The notes: a model not told the origin generated them from the letters alone. 63,771 bases of DNA, filler included, from Gemmatimonadota bacterium (GCA_003697105.1; 6 parts of 6 records of this genome joined end to end with filler, not necessarily neighbours in it); one strand, 5' to 3'. Counted from the first letter of the whole stretch, positions 10,302 through 19,868 are shown. Numbers and translations are program-made.

Positions 10302-10401
10302 NNNNNNNNNNNNNNNNNNNNNNNNNNNNNNNNNNNNNNNNNNNNTTAATTAATTAANNNNNNNNNNNNNNNNNNNNNNNNNNNNNNNNNNNNNNNNNNN
10401 N
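10302..10401. other. Artificial contig linker
   Basis: N run with central TTAATTAATTAA (stops in all six frames). Confidence 0.99.
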
Positions 10402-11503
10402 CATCTGCGGAGGATTCTTCCGGTGCGGTATCGTCCCTTTGGGGTTCAACAGCGGGGGATTCTCCACGCTCAACGTCATCTGCGGAGGATTCCGGCGCGG
10501 TTTCATCCGCTACAGGGGTTTGGTTGTCTTCCTCTGCTTCACGGATCACCCGCGCAATTTTTTCTTCCAGACCCGCGTTGGTTTTCTGAATATCTTCAAT
10601 TTTATTCCGCTTTTCCTGAATCCAGTTCTGCGCTCGTTCCACAAAATTATCCGACCATGCGGTCTCAATATCTTTTTCCAACTCGATAATCTGTTGTTCC
10701 AACCGGTAAATGACATCTTTATTTTTGGCGATTAAGGCTTGCCAGCGATCAATATGTTCCATCTGGCGTTGTTTCCATACTTTATCCCGTCGTTGTCGGT
10801 CCGAGCGAATTTGGTCAATCCGCTCATTTGCCCGATCCCAAGCGGCATTGAGCGTTTTGCGCAGTTTTTCGCGTTGGGCGCGCCCTAAATATAGCGTTTT
10901 GAATTCCGATTGAATTTGTTTGATGGTATTGAGCACGGCATACGGATCCTCGGTTTCCGCTTGTTCGCGGATCGCTGTGGCGCGGCGGTTGGCATCTTCA
11001 AAGGTTTGGTTCCACATTTCTTCGCGACGCATTTTCCAGAGGTCATTCACATCTCGCCATTGCTTCCAGCAGACATCTTTATCTTCTTTGAACATCCGAA
11101 CGTGGTCGCCTTCATGTTCTACCGGTACTCCTTCGGTGAGCCATTTGAGGGCTTCGTTCAGCAGGTCTTTTGCGCCTCGAATATCGGCACCATTTTCGGC
11201 GGAATTGAGTTTTGCCACGGCCTCATGGATTTTTGTCTCGATTTTCTCCCGTTGTTGGAAGGATCCCAACTGCCGGATTTGCATCAATTCTTCGTGTTCT
11301 GTGCGCGTTTCTTCACACAGATTGCTAAATTTGTCCCACAGGCGTTCCCGGTCTTCTCGCAACAAGTGACCGGCATCTTTAAACATTTGAGAGATTTTGC
11401 GAGCATCGACCCAAAATTCACCGTATTTTCGGTCATGTTGTTCCAGTTCGAGAATCGCCTGTTCAATCTGTTCCGCCGTGACCGGCGTTTTTTGCTCAGA
11501 CAT
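10402..11503 (-). CDS. Helical coiled-coil repeat protein (DUF349-like), 3' end truncated, with acidic tandem repeat tail
   Basis: Recurring RE.LW.KF / QREKLRKTLNAAW helical repeats; tail repeats DETAPESSAD / DDTAPEESSAD; runs into the linker. Confidence 0.55.
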
Positions 11504-11595
11504 CGTTGGTAACTCCTCTTGTAAAAGGTTCGTGAATGGATATGGCAGGTATCGGTTCTGCTGATTTGGGTGATTTCCTCCAAATCAGAATCGCA

Positions 11596-13005
11596 TTATC
11601 TAACCGCACCGGTTGGTGCGTGTGAAGTGTCTAATGTATCAAATTTCAATCGTTCTGGCAACCGTTCTCTTTGGTCAATATCGTTCAAATCTTCTTTTTC
11701 CCGAATCACATCCACCTGACCGGCATCCCCAATCAAGACCACATTGGGGCGATATTCAATAAATTGCATCCACTGGGTCACATTGTATGCTCCCACCGGT
11801 GAGAAGATCAAGCGGGTTCCCCGGTCCAAGGGGGGCAAAAGTGAGCCTTCATCGATAATGTCAATATTCATACACAGGGGACCATAAATGACGGCGGGTT
11901 CATTAACCCCTTGTATTTCGCGATCCAGTTCAATCGTATATTTATACCAGTAGGAGGTGTACAGCAAGTTCACGCCGGCATCCGCTACATAGGAACGGCG
12001 CCCATCTGGCAGGCGTTTTGTCGCAACAACAGAGGTGATTAGATACCCCGCCTCATCGATAAGCCACCGGCCCGACTCTAAAAAGAGGCGTGGAAAATCA
12101 CCCGGTCGCAAATGGCGATAGAGGGCATCGGTGATCCGCTCGGCATAGTCATCAATTGGCGAAATCGCTACCTCCGGCGGTAGATACATCCCTTTGAGGC
12201 GGCTCTTGGAGGGGAAACCACCGCCAATATCCAGATATTCGATCTTAAAACCAAATTGGTCTTCCAGTTCGTAAGCAAAGCACACCATTTTTTCCACTTC
12301 TCGCGCATACGCCGAGGGGTCTAAAATGTACGTCCCAATGTGGCAATGCAACCCGTTGATCGCTATTTTGCCGCCGCTGGCAATCCGTTTGACGGCATCC
12401 ATTGCTTGCCCAGAATCCAGATTTAGCCCAAAACGTGACCACTGGGGATGGATGCCGGTATCCATGTTCAACCGGATGCCGATTTTCACGGGTTTACCCC
12501 AAGCATCTGCTACCCGCTCTATATCATAAATTTCATCAAAATGATCCAGGTTCACCATTGCCCCTTCACTTAACGCTTTTTGGAGAGCAAATGGTGACTT
12601 AAACGGGCCATTAAAAATAATGTCCTTCCCTTCGACTCCCAGCCGGCGCGCTTTGTCGTACTCCATTTCGGAGACCACTTCAGCAATGGAGCCTTCTTGG
12701 TGCATAATGGCACAAATTGCCTGCAAATAGTTGGTTTTGTACGACCAGCCAAAGGTAACATGGGGATAACGCGTGTTGAACGCCGTGAACATCTCCCGGT
12801 AGCGGCGGCGAAGTGTTGCCTCTGAATAGACAAACAACGGCGAACCAAATTGTGAAACCAACTGGTCAATACTGACTCCGTCAATGTCCTTCCGAATCTT
12901 CCGGGCATAATACGGACTGCTACCAAATTTGTTCATAAAACCGCTTTCCAACTTGATAAACACCGGTTTTTCATAGATTTTTTTCATGCCCATATCCTTT
13001 TCCAT
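11596..13005 (-). CDS. Fold-type III PLP-dependent decarboxylase (LysA/Orn-DAP-Arg family) with N-terminal extension
   Basis: SYKTN (PLP Lys), HCHIGT, DIGGGF, ESGR, GPLCMNID, GAY motifs; alternative start at 12987 (MKKIYEKP). Confidence 0.88.
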   Translation of the reverse strand: MEKDMGMKKIYEKPVFIKLESGFMNKFGSSPYYARKIRKDIDGVSIDQLVSQFGSPLFVYSEATLRRRYREMFTAFNTRYPHVTFGWSYKTNYLQAICAIMHQEGSIAEVVSEMEYDKARRLGVEGKDIIFNGPFKSPFALQKALSEGAMVNLDHFDEIYDIERVADAWGKPVKIGIRLNMDTGIHPQWSRFGLNLDSGQAMDAVKRIASGGKIAINGLHCHIGTYILDPSAYAREVEKMVCFAYELEDQFGFKIEYLDIGGGFPSKSRLKGMYLPPEVAISPIDDYAERITDALYRHLRPGDFPRLFLESGRWLIDEAGYLITSVVATKRLPDGRRSYVADAGVNLLYTSYWYKYTIELDREIQGVNEPAVIYGPLCMNIDIIDEGSLLPPLDRGTRLIFSPVGAYNVTQWMQFIEYRPNVVLIGDAGQVDVIREKEDLNDIDQRERLPERLKFDTLDTSHAPTGAVR

Positions 13006-14043
13006 CTAGTTTTCACCCTGAGTCGTTATTTTCTGGAACATCTGCATATCCGTAACCAGCTCATCGGTGTAACGGATATACAGTTTGCCGGGGTCATAAT
13101 CGAAGGTGGCCGGTAAAGGCAACTGGTAAATCTTACGGATGATATTCGCCGGAAGGTTGACTCCGACCCCAGTCGCAAAATATGACCATGCGGGAAAACG
13201 CGGATTGATTTCAATCAGATAAACCGTATCGCCATCGACCATACATTCCATTTCCAGTGGTCCCTTCCAACGATACCGCCGGATAAAGTTGGCTGTGACG
13301 TCTCGCATTCGCTCATTTTTGATGGTCACGCCCGTCCATATTTTACCCAGTGAGGTAATCCACATTTTTTTGATACCCACCTGCCCGAGCAACTCACCCT
13401 GCCCATCACCGACCGCCACAACGTTCATCTCTTCGCCAAAGACCATCCCTTGGACGATAACCGGGTAGCCCCATTCGGCAACCAACTTGTGATAATGCGC
13501 CACCGCTTCCTGATAGGTATAGGCTTTGTACGCCTTATAGAAAGCACCTTTAACCATCACCGGCAAACCGATCCGCTCTACGGCACGGTGCAGTTCTGCC
13601 AGCGAGGTTACCACCTTTGTGGGGGGAATACTCACCTGAATGGCCTCTGCAATATCAGCCAACCGGTCTTTGCCACGCAAGTTAAATTGATCCAAGGTTG
13701 GCAGGAACGTACGAATGCCCAGCGCTGCTATTTCGTGCTGGTATTTGGTAAAAAAGGGCAATTCTGCATCTAAACACGGCAAAACCACATCCAGCCCATA
13801 ACTGTGTTTGATGTAGTGCAACCGTTGCAAATATGCCTCCGCATCCGCGGAGGGATAGGGCATAATGAATGCCTTATTGATAACCCAATCCATGTAGATG
13901 CCCGGCTCCTGAGTGTCGTATGCCAAACCCACAACATGGACCTTGAGATCGGGGTCTTCGTGCAAACTGCGGGCAACGCCTACCCCCGGACCCGGATTAT
14001 CCACCGCATTAATCCCAGAAATACCCACATAGATTTCTGCCAT
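13006..14043 (-). CDS. ATP-grasp ligase (carboxylate-amine ligase-like)
   Basis: PVMVKG, PVIVQ, LIEINPRFPAW ATP-grasp motifs; abuts the decarboxylase with no gap. Confidence 0.88.
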   Translation of the reverse strand: MAEIYVGISGINAVDNPGPGVGVARSLHEDPDLKVHVVGLAYDTQEPGIYMDWVINKAFIMPYPSADAEAYLQRLHYIKHSYGLDVVLPCLDAELPFFTKYQHEIAALGIRTFLPTLDQFNLRGKDRLADIAEAIQVSIPPTKVVTSLAELHRAVERIGLPVMVKGAFYKAYKAYTYQEAVAHYHKLVAEWGYPVIVQGMVFGEEMNVVAVGDGQGELLGQVGIKKMWITSLGKIWTGVTIKNERMRDVTANFIRRYRWKGPLEMECMVDGDTVYLIEINPRFPAWSYFATGVGVNLPANIIRKIYQLPLPATFDYDPGKLYIRYTDELVTDMQMFQKITTQGEN

Positions 14044-14069
14044 ACATGCTCCTTTCCAGCTTCCAGCCG

Positions 14070-14306
14070 CTAGATCAACTTGTGGGTCCGTAAAACATCT
14101 ATAAAATCATTGATGTCCCGTTCCGCGTCTTCGGGTTGGACTTCAAAATCTGCACAGAGGTCTTCGACAATTTGCGATGGTGATTTTTGGGCGCGCAAGC
14201 CTTGCAGGATAGTCAAGCCGGTGGGGTTGGTCGTGAAGCTTTCACCTGTCGTTGGATCAAACACAAAACCTTCATCATTTATTGCCAATTGGTGCAGCCG
14301 GTTCAT
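14070..14306 (-). CDS. PqqD-family / RiPP recognition element (RRE) protein
   Basis: 78 aa; GFVFDPTTGESFTTNPTGLTILQGL...IVEDLCADFEVQPEDAERDINDFIDVL pattern of three strands plus three helices typical of PqqD; AAAGGAG RBS. Confidence 0.88.
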   Translation of the reverse strand: MNRLHQLAINDEGFVFDPTTGESFTTNPTGLTILQGLRAQKSPSQIVEDLCADFEVQPEDAERDINDFIDVLRTHKLI

Positions 14307-14358
14307 GGGGTCTCCTTTCCGATAAAGTCGTCGTCAAGCCAGATACGCTTTAGCTACT

Positions 14359-14913
14359 CTAATCAAGTTCGTTATGGTGCTTCTCATGTTCGTCGGGGTC
14401 TTCCTTGGAGTCTTCTTGTTGAAGAGTGACCGTTAGCGAACCGGTCTGTTTGACCCCGGTATTCGCCGGAGGTTTAATCCCCGCTTCGTGTAGCCTCATC
14501 GACCATGTTTTAATGGTCTCTTTTTGGGAGTCATTTAACTTTGCGTCTGGATGTAGGGGCAGATAGATTGCTAGGGGCATTTTGCCTTCTGCGACTTCTT
14601 CCCAAATTTCCTCCGCCAAATCGATCTGTTCTTCTGCATCCATTAGACCCCATTCCGAAAAATTGAGATATTCCCTGCCGTGATTGACATCCCGCGCTAC
14701 CAACCACGAGACCGGAGCAATTTTACTGTACCAGGGCCACACCGTTTCATGGGAATGGCAATCATAACAAGATGTTTTAAAGATCGATTTGACACCGGGG
14801 GGAGCCTCTAAATCCGCCCGAACAACCGGATTTGTGCGCTCCACCGGCACAAATTGAATCCCGATAAACCCAAGCCCCAAAAGGACAACCATAATGCGTA
14901 ATAGTGCTTTCAT
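14359..14913 (-). CDS. Haem-binding domain protein (single CxxCH c-type cytochrome)
   Basis: Signal/TM then IQFVP, SCYDCHS, WPWYS..APVSW, LNFSEW, MPL..Y..LHP. Confidence 0.85.
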   Translation of the reverse strand: MKALLRIMVVLLGLGFIGIQFVPVERTNPVVRADLEAPPGVKSIFKTSCYDCHSHETVWPWYSKIAPVSWLVARDVNHGREYLNFSEWGLMDAEEQIDLAEEIWEEVAEGKMPLAIYLPLHPDAKLNDSQKETIKTWSMRLHEAGIKPPANTGVKQTGSLTVTLQQEDSKEDPDEHEKHHNELD

Positions 14914-16247
14914 ACCCTCTCCTCCACTGAGCCCTCGATATGGGTAATAACAAAAAGGGTAAAATCCCCGCTTTTTCCTTTAATTTGAATGTTTTCCAAG
15001 GTTTCTGTTTGTACCGGCAGGGTTAATCGATTTCGGACAGCTTGACTTACAATAACTTGACCGGGTTTGGCAATGGATTCCAGACGAGAGGCAAAATTGA
15101 CCGTATCTCCAATGACGGTGTAATTCATGCGGTCTGGGGAGCCGATATTACCCACAATCGCCTCACCGCAATGGATGCCAATCCCTAGGGAAATGGGAAG
15201 GTCAACATCTTGTTGTTTTGCCTCCCGCAAGTATGCCGCAAAGATTTTCTGCATTTTCAAGGCGGCACGGACTGCGCGTTCCGTATCATCCGGTTTGCGG
15301 ATCAGGGCACCGAAAACCACCATCACACTGTCTCCAATAAATTTATCAATCGTTCCGCCAAATTCGTGAATGACACCGGTCATTTTTGAGAAAATCTGGT
15401 TCAGAATACGCACCACGTGTTCCGGTGAGGTTTGTTCTGAGAATGCCGTAAACCCCCGAATATCCGCAAAAAGCACGGTTACATCCTGCTTAATACCACC
15501 TAATTGGATCTGACCCGGTTGTTTGAGGATCGTCTGCGCCACTTCCGGCGAGACGTAGTTCCCGAAGATCGTCTTCAGTTGATCCTGTTCAGCTTGTTGG
15601 GTTTCAATCCGTTTACCTGCCTGATTGACGATGACACCCAGCAAGAGAAACAACATCCCCGAGCCTAGGGTCAGCACCACACTGACCCGCCAGACGACAG
15701 CCCCGATTTCCCGGTCCATCCCTTCTAACGATTGGTCTAGCACCAGAACGTAGCGCACGGTATCGTCAATGGCAATCGGCTGCCCGGTACAGATCACATG
15801 ATGCCCGTACTCCTTTTGGGTGCGCTCCTCGACAAACAACGTGCCGGCTAACGGAATTGTCGCTTCTTCATCTGTTTCGGTTTGCCCCAGTTCATCTGTT
15901 TCCAAACTGGCGATGATCTCCTGTGCCGCATTGACAACCAGCGCTTCGGTTATCTCTTTGTCTTCCGCAATATCTTCCAAATAATCCTGCACCTTAGCCA
16001 AAAAAGCATCTTCCGTTAAATGTCTTTGATGATATTGGAGTGCCGCTTCTCGGACCAAATCACCGATAAATTCAGATAGATATAACGCATTTTCCTGTGT
16101 GCGAGCGGTGATCTGCTGAATTTGAATGCGCGTAATCACGACCACCGTGATCGCAATAATCAGCAAGGAGACCAACGCTCCTCGCAGAAAAAATTGTGTT
16201 AATAACTGCCGGCGATATGAATATACCATGAACTTTTGCATCTCCAT
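14910..16247 (-). CDS. Membrane-anchored class III adenylate/guanylate cyclase
   Basis: Two TMs flanking a periplasmic domain; LFADIRGFT, DKFIGDSVM, YTVIGDTVNFASRLE, IKGK. Confidence 0.92.
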   Translation of the reverse strand: MEMQKFMVYSYRRQLLTQFFLRGALVSLLIIAITVVVITRIQIQQITARTQENALYLSEFIGDLVREAALQYHQRHLTEDAFLAKVQDYLEDIAEDKEITEALVVNAAQEIIASLETDELGQTETDEEATIPLAGTLFVEERTQKEYGHHVICTGQPIAIDDTVRYVLVLDQSLEGMDREIGAVVWRVSVVLTLGSGMLFLLLGVIVNQAGKRIETQQAEQDQLKTIFGNYVSPEVAQTILKQPGQIQLGGIKQDVTVLFADIRGFTAFSEQTSPEHVVRILNQIFSKMTGVIHEFGGTIDKFIGDSVMVVFGALIRKPDDTERAVRAALKMQKIFAAYLREAKQQDVDLPISLGIGIHCGEAIVGNIGSPDRMNYTVIGDTVNFASRLESIAKPGQVIVSQAVRNRLTLPVQTETLENIQIKGKSGDFTLFVITHIEGSVEERV

Positions 16248-16339
16248 AACCAGATGTTACTTCCATATTTCCTAAGATGGTATCCCCTTCAGGGGGAGTG
16301 GGGGCACGTATTTTAGGGCAACCGGTTTACCACCAGCCC

Positions 16340-17116
16340 TCAATAGCGGAAATGTTTAATCGCCTCGCCCTTTTCCTCAATTTCCGTCATGGCTTGAATC
16401 CCCAGTTGCAGATGGATGTCGGTCCATTTGGCGGTCACCTGTTTATCGGATTGCTCTGTTTTGACACCATCGGGTGTAACCGGCACATCCGAGACCAACA
16501 ATAACGCCCCGCGTGAAATCTCGTTATAATGCCCCACAATAAAAAGGGTGGCGGTTTCCATATCAATGGCAAGACAGGTCATGGCGCGCAGTTTTTCTCG
16601 GAACGCCTGATCATGCTCCCAGACACGGCGATTGGTCGTGTACACTACGCCGGTACGATATTCATAGCCTCCCTCGACGATCTTTTCGGAAACAAATTTA
16701 TGGAGTTTAAACGAAGGTAGCGCTGGTACTTCCGGAGGATAATAATCATTGCTCGTCCCTTCGCCCCGAATAGCGGCAATTGGCAGAACAAAATGCCCTA
16801 TTTCACTGGATTTTTTCAGTCCCCCACATTTACCTAAAAAAAGCACCCCTTGGGGACGAATCGCACTCAACAAATCCATGATAGTCGCCGCATTTGCCGA
16901 CCCAATCCCAAAATTGATGATCGTCAACCCTTGACCATTACTCGCGGCTTGCATCGGCTTGCCCAGCCCGTACACTTGGCAATCAAACTGTTCCGCAAAT
17001 TGCACCACATAATTTTGAAAATTAGTCAACAAAATGTACGATCCAAATTCTTCCAACGGCATACCGGTATAACGGGGTAACCAATTTTTCACGATTTCAG
17101 TACGGTCAATCCACAT
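16340..17116 (-). CDS. amn: AMP nucleosidase (short, PNP/UDP family)
   Basis: NWLPRYTG, LLTNF, INFGIGSANAATIMDLL, GKCGGL, DMETAT. Confidence 0.85.
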   Translation of the reverse strand: MWIDRTEIVKNWLPRYTGMPLEEFGSYILLTNFQNYVVQFAEQFDCQVYGLGKPMQAASNGQGLTIINFGIGSANAATIMDLLSAIRPQGVLFLGKCGGLKKSSEIGHFVLPIAAIRGEGTSNDYYPPEVPALPSFKLHKFVSEKIVEGGYEYRTGVVYTTNRRVWEHDQAFREKLRAMTCLAIDMETATLFIVGHYNEISRGALLLVSDVPVTPDGVKTEQSDKQVTAKWTDIHLQLGIQAMTEIEEKGEAIKHFRY

Positions 17117-17161
17117 TCGTCCGTGTCTCCTTCTCGTTTGGATTATTTAACAGCAAATAAG

Positions 17162-17998
17162 TTACGAGCCTTTCGCCTCTACCCGTCTTCCCCACATCCA
17201 CATTCCAATGGCGACGCCCATCATACCTAAGCAGAGCATCTGTCCCATGGAAAATTGCAAAAAGACAAATCCGAGATGGGCATCCGGTTCACGGAAGTAT
17301 TCGATAAAAAATCGAACAAAGCCATATCCGAACACGTACATCCCGCTTAAAAAACCGAGAAACGGTGTTTTTTTGCGCAACAACCACAGTACAAAAAACA
17401 GAAAAATTCCCTCAAAAAAAGCTTCATACAACTGCGAAGGGTGGCGCAAAAGATTATCTCCCGCGTTTGGAAAGTACATCCCGATAGCGGCTTCCGTAAC
17501 CCGTCCGTAAAGCTCGCCATTGATGAAATTCCCGATCCGTCCAAAGGTGTATCCCAAGGGAATTGCCGGAGCAAACAGGTCGGCAACGTGGAAAAAGTGC
17601 ATCTGATGTTTGCGAGCAAAGAGAATCCATGCGATAATCACCCCGATCAGCCCCCCGTGATACGACATGCCGGAAATCCCCACAAACCGTCCCTCACGAA
17701 AGGGCAAAAAAATATGGATCGGGTCCTGAATAAGCATACGAAAGTCATAAAAAAACACGTAACCCAACCGCCCTCCCAAGATCACGCCCACAATCGCCCA
17801 CATAATCGCATCGGCAGCAAAGTCTCGCGGATAGCGCAATTTGTCATGTGTTATCCGGTATTGAACAAGGAAGTACGTCAAGGCAAACGCCACAATATAC
17901 ATCGTGCCGTACCAGCGTATCGCAAAACTACCGACACTAAAAATAATTGGATTCATTTGAGATGGCAGATGTTGCCACCACTGGATAAAAGCCTCCAC
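17162..17998 (-). CDS. lgt: Prolipoprotein diacylglyceryl transferase
   Basis: IRWYG, GGRLGYV, GMSYHGG, GRIGNFINGELYGR, HPSQLYE, EYFREPD. Confidence 0.95.
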   Translation of the reverse strand: MEAFIQWWQHLPSQMNPIIFSVGSFAIRWYGTMYIVAFALTYFLVQYRITHDKLRYPRDFAADAIMWAIVGVILGGRLGYVFFYDFRMLIQDPIHIFLPFREGRFVGISGMSYHGGLIGVIIAWILFARKHQMHFFHVADLFAPAIPLGYTFGRIGNFINGELYGRVTEAAIGMYFPNAGDNLLRHPSQLYEAFFEGIFLFFVLWLLRKKTPFLGFLSGMYVFGYGFVRFFIEYFREPDAHLGFVFLQFSMGQMLCLGMMGVAIGMWMWGRRVEAKGS

Positions 17999-18018
17999 AA
18001 ATTACTCCTTCAAAATAA

Positions 18019-19272
18019 TCAAGAATGGGGTGTTACTTCCACTTCACACCAGTCATCGCCCATTGCCCGGCATTTGACTTGAACCCCCCAAAACGTGTCA
18101 TCCCGACGTCGGAGGTGGTCATAAAAGTCATCGTTTAGTACTGGTTTCGTCGTGATGTCTTCACAATAGAGGAGATTCATCACTCCGGCGGCACCACCGG
18201 TCACTAGGTAACTCACCGGTCGAGTTGATTTACCGTACATCGCTAGGTAACTGTTGCTCTCATAATCACCATCGACCCGCAAGACCATTCGCTTGCCCGG
18301 GTCAAGTTCTGTCACCGTCCAATAGCCCCAACCCAGTGCGTTCACTACCGCCATCATACCACTGATCCAGTCTTCCCGGGTTTGGCATTGCGGCACCACC
18401 AACCCGTACCACTCATCCGATTCCATAATACCCCCAAAGGTATAAACGGCACAGACGTGACCCGCTTCCACAAACAGATCACGTGCCAGTTCTGGTTCGC
18501 CGGTAGCGTTGGTGATTGCCCTTGCCGCTTCATAAGTGATGTAATTGTAGTAATTGGCAAAATGGCGGGTGAGGTAAACACCAAAGGCGGGGATCAATCC
18601 ATCGGCATTGCCTTCCAGGGGTATCCCCCGGACGGCATTTGTGATGCCGGCTTCATCTACTTGAGTGGGTATCCCCTTTCGACGCGAGGTGGCATCCCGG
18701 ATGGTTACGCCTGTACCCACGGAAACCGGCACATACGGCATTTCTGGGTCAATAGCAACGTTAAACTCATTCTGAGAATGTCCCATGCTTAAACATTTTT
18801 CTTGAGCCACCCGGTAAAATCCGGGGGTTTTGTAATAGGCAATCGCCATAGCCGCCTGTATAAAACCGCAGGTGAAATAATCAACGGGTTGTTCGCGGAC
18901 ACCCCACTTTTCTTTCCAGCCCAGACTGTAGTGGGTAAGCGGTGTGACCACCGTTCCGCCGTTCTCCGGTAAACCGCTCAAATCCAGTGTACCGAATCCT
19001 AATTGCCCATAGATCGTGCTGGCAACACGCAACCGGTGCTGGGGGTCCCGAATGTGAGGGTGGGTTTCAAACAACCGGTGTAGCATCCCATAGGTACAGA
19101 CCACTCCCCCGCGTGTTAAAATTTCGGCGGCAGGAATATAAGACCCCGCATCCTCAATGGTGCGCTGCAAAAACAGATTGTAATGGTTGCAGTGGAAGAT
19201 CATCGGTTCGCCATAGAGTACCGCGAGACCTTCCTGCTCATGGAGCGTAATTTCCGCCTTGAAAGGTGTCAT
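18019..19272 (-). CDS. Tandem V4R (4-vinyl reductase-like) domain protein
   Basis: Two similar halves, each with a G(F/W)G motif and a terminal C..MG motif (KCLSMGHSQNEF; KCRAMGDDWCEV). Confidence 0.7.
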   Translation of the reverse strand: MTPFKAEITLHEQEGLAVLYGEPMIFHCNHYNLFLQRTIEDAGSYIPAAEILTRGGVVCTYGMLHRLFETHPHIRDPQHRLRVASTIYGQLGFGTLDLSGLPENGGTVVTPLTHYSLGWKEKWGVREQPVDYFTCGFIQAAMAIAYYKTPGFYRVAQEKCLSMGHSQNEFNVAIDPEMPYVPVSVGTGVTIRDATSRRKGIPTQVDEAGITNAVRGIPLEGNADGLIPAFGVYLTRHFANYYNYITYEAARAITNATGEPELARDLFVEAGHVCAVYTFGGIMESDEWYGLVVPQCQTREDWISGMMAVVNALGWGYWTVTELDPGKRMVLRVDGDYESNSYLAMYGKSTRPVSYLVTGGAAGVMNLLYCEDITTKPVLNDDFYDHLRRRDDTFWGVQVKCRAMGDDWCEVEVTPHS

Positions 19273-19289
19273 GTTCCCCTCTCCCTCGT

Positions 19290-19493
19290 TTAGTTGATGG
19301 TAATCGGTTTCCCTAAAATAGCGTGTGCCGCTTTTAGTAGCTTTTCTTCCAGCACGGGGTCATCCGGTGTGGACTCATCAATTTTACTTAGATTAACTCC
19401 CGCTTTTAACCCCACCCGGGCAACGATCAATTTGGCTTGTGCCCCTTTAGATTCCGCCGCAATGGCATCGATTATTTTTTTAAGCCGTCCCAT
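19290..19493 (-). CDS. Small conserved-looking hypothetical protein (67 aa)
   Basis: GGGAGG RBS, tight operon spacing, GLKAG..L..I...TPDDP motif. Confidence 0.65.
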   Translation of the reverse strand: MGRLKKIIDAIAAESKGAQAKLIVARVGLKAGVNLSKIDESTPDDPVLEEKLLKAAHAILGKPITIN

Positions 19494-19547
19494 AGCAACC
19501 CTCCCTGATCCGGTGAAAAATGGCATAAAATTCTGCTAATATCATAA

Positions 19548-19868
19548 TTATAACAACTGTTGAACCTGCTGTTGGTACTGCTCACCAAAATTGGGGAAAA
19601 GTGCCTCTAGGGCACGGATCGCATCCATTTTAAGCAGGTAGTGAAAGGTAACGGTCACTTCCATTGCACCGAAAATACCGGTAATTAAAATTTGGTCATC
19701 CCAATAAAACCGGAAAAAGCCTGCGCCGGCATGTTCCACGACGTATTTGTTTGTCACCCGTTGCGAGTCCAGCCGGTCTAAATCCAGGGGTTGATCCAGC
19801 CGGAGCCGTAAATGAACGCCTTTTTCCAAGCAACAATGACCTATTTCCACATTTGCCACCCGGCTCAT
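19548..19868 (-). CDS. Hypothetical protein (106 aa)
   Basis: ATGA-coupled to the upstream MCP-like gene. Confidence 0.6.
   Translation of the reverse strand: MSRVANVEIGHCCLEKGVHLRLRLDQPLDLDRLDSQRVTNKYVVEHAGAGFFRFYWDDQILITGIFGAMEVTVTFHYLLKMDAIRALEALFPNFGEQYQQQVQQLL

Noticed and set aside
10302-10401. TTAATTAATTAA palindromes inside N runs (five places)
   Set aside because: Artificial contig linkers; ORFs running into them are truncated and cross-linker gene neighbourhoods are not real
11596-13005. Calling the decarboxylase lysA
   Set aside because: The fold is clear but substrate is not; the N-terminal extension and RRE/ATP-grasp context argue against assuming lysine biosynthesis
14070-14306. 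PQQ biosynthesis locus
   Set aside because: No pqqA/B/C/E on the contig; the M16 peptidases are on a different contig and look generic
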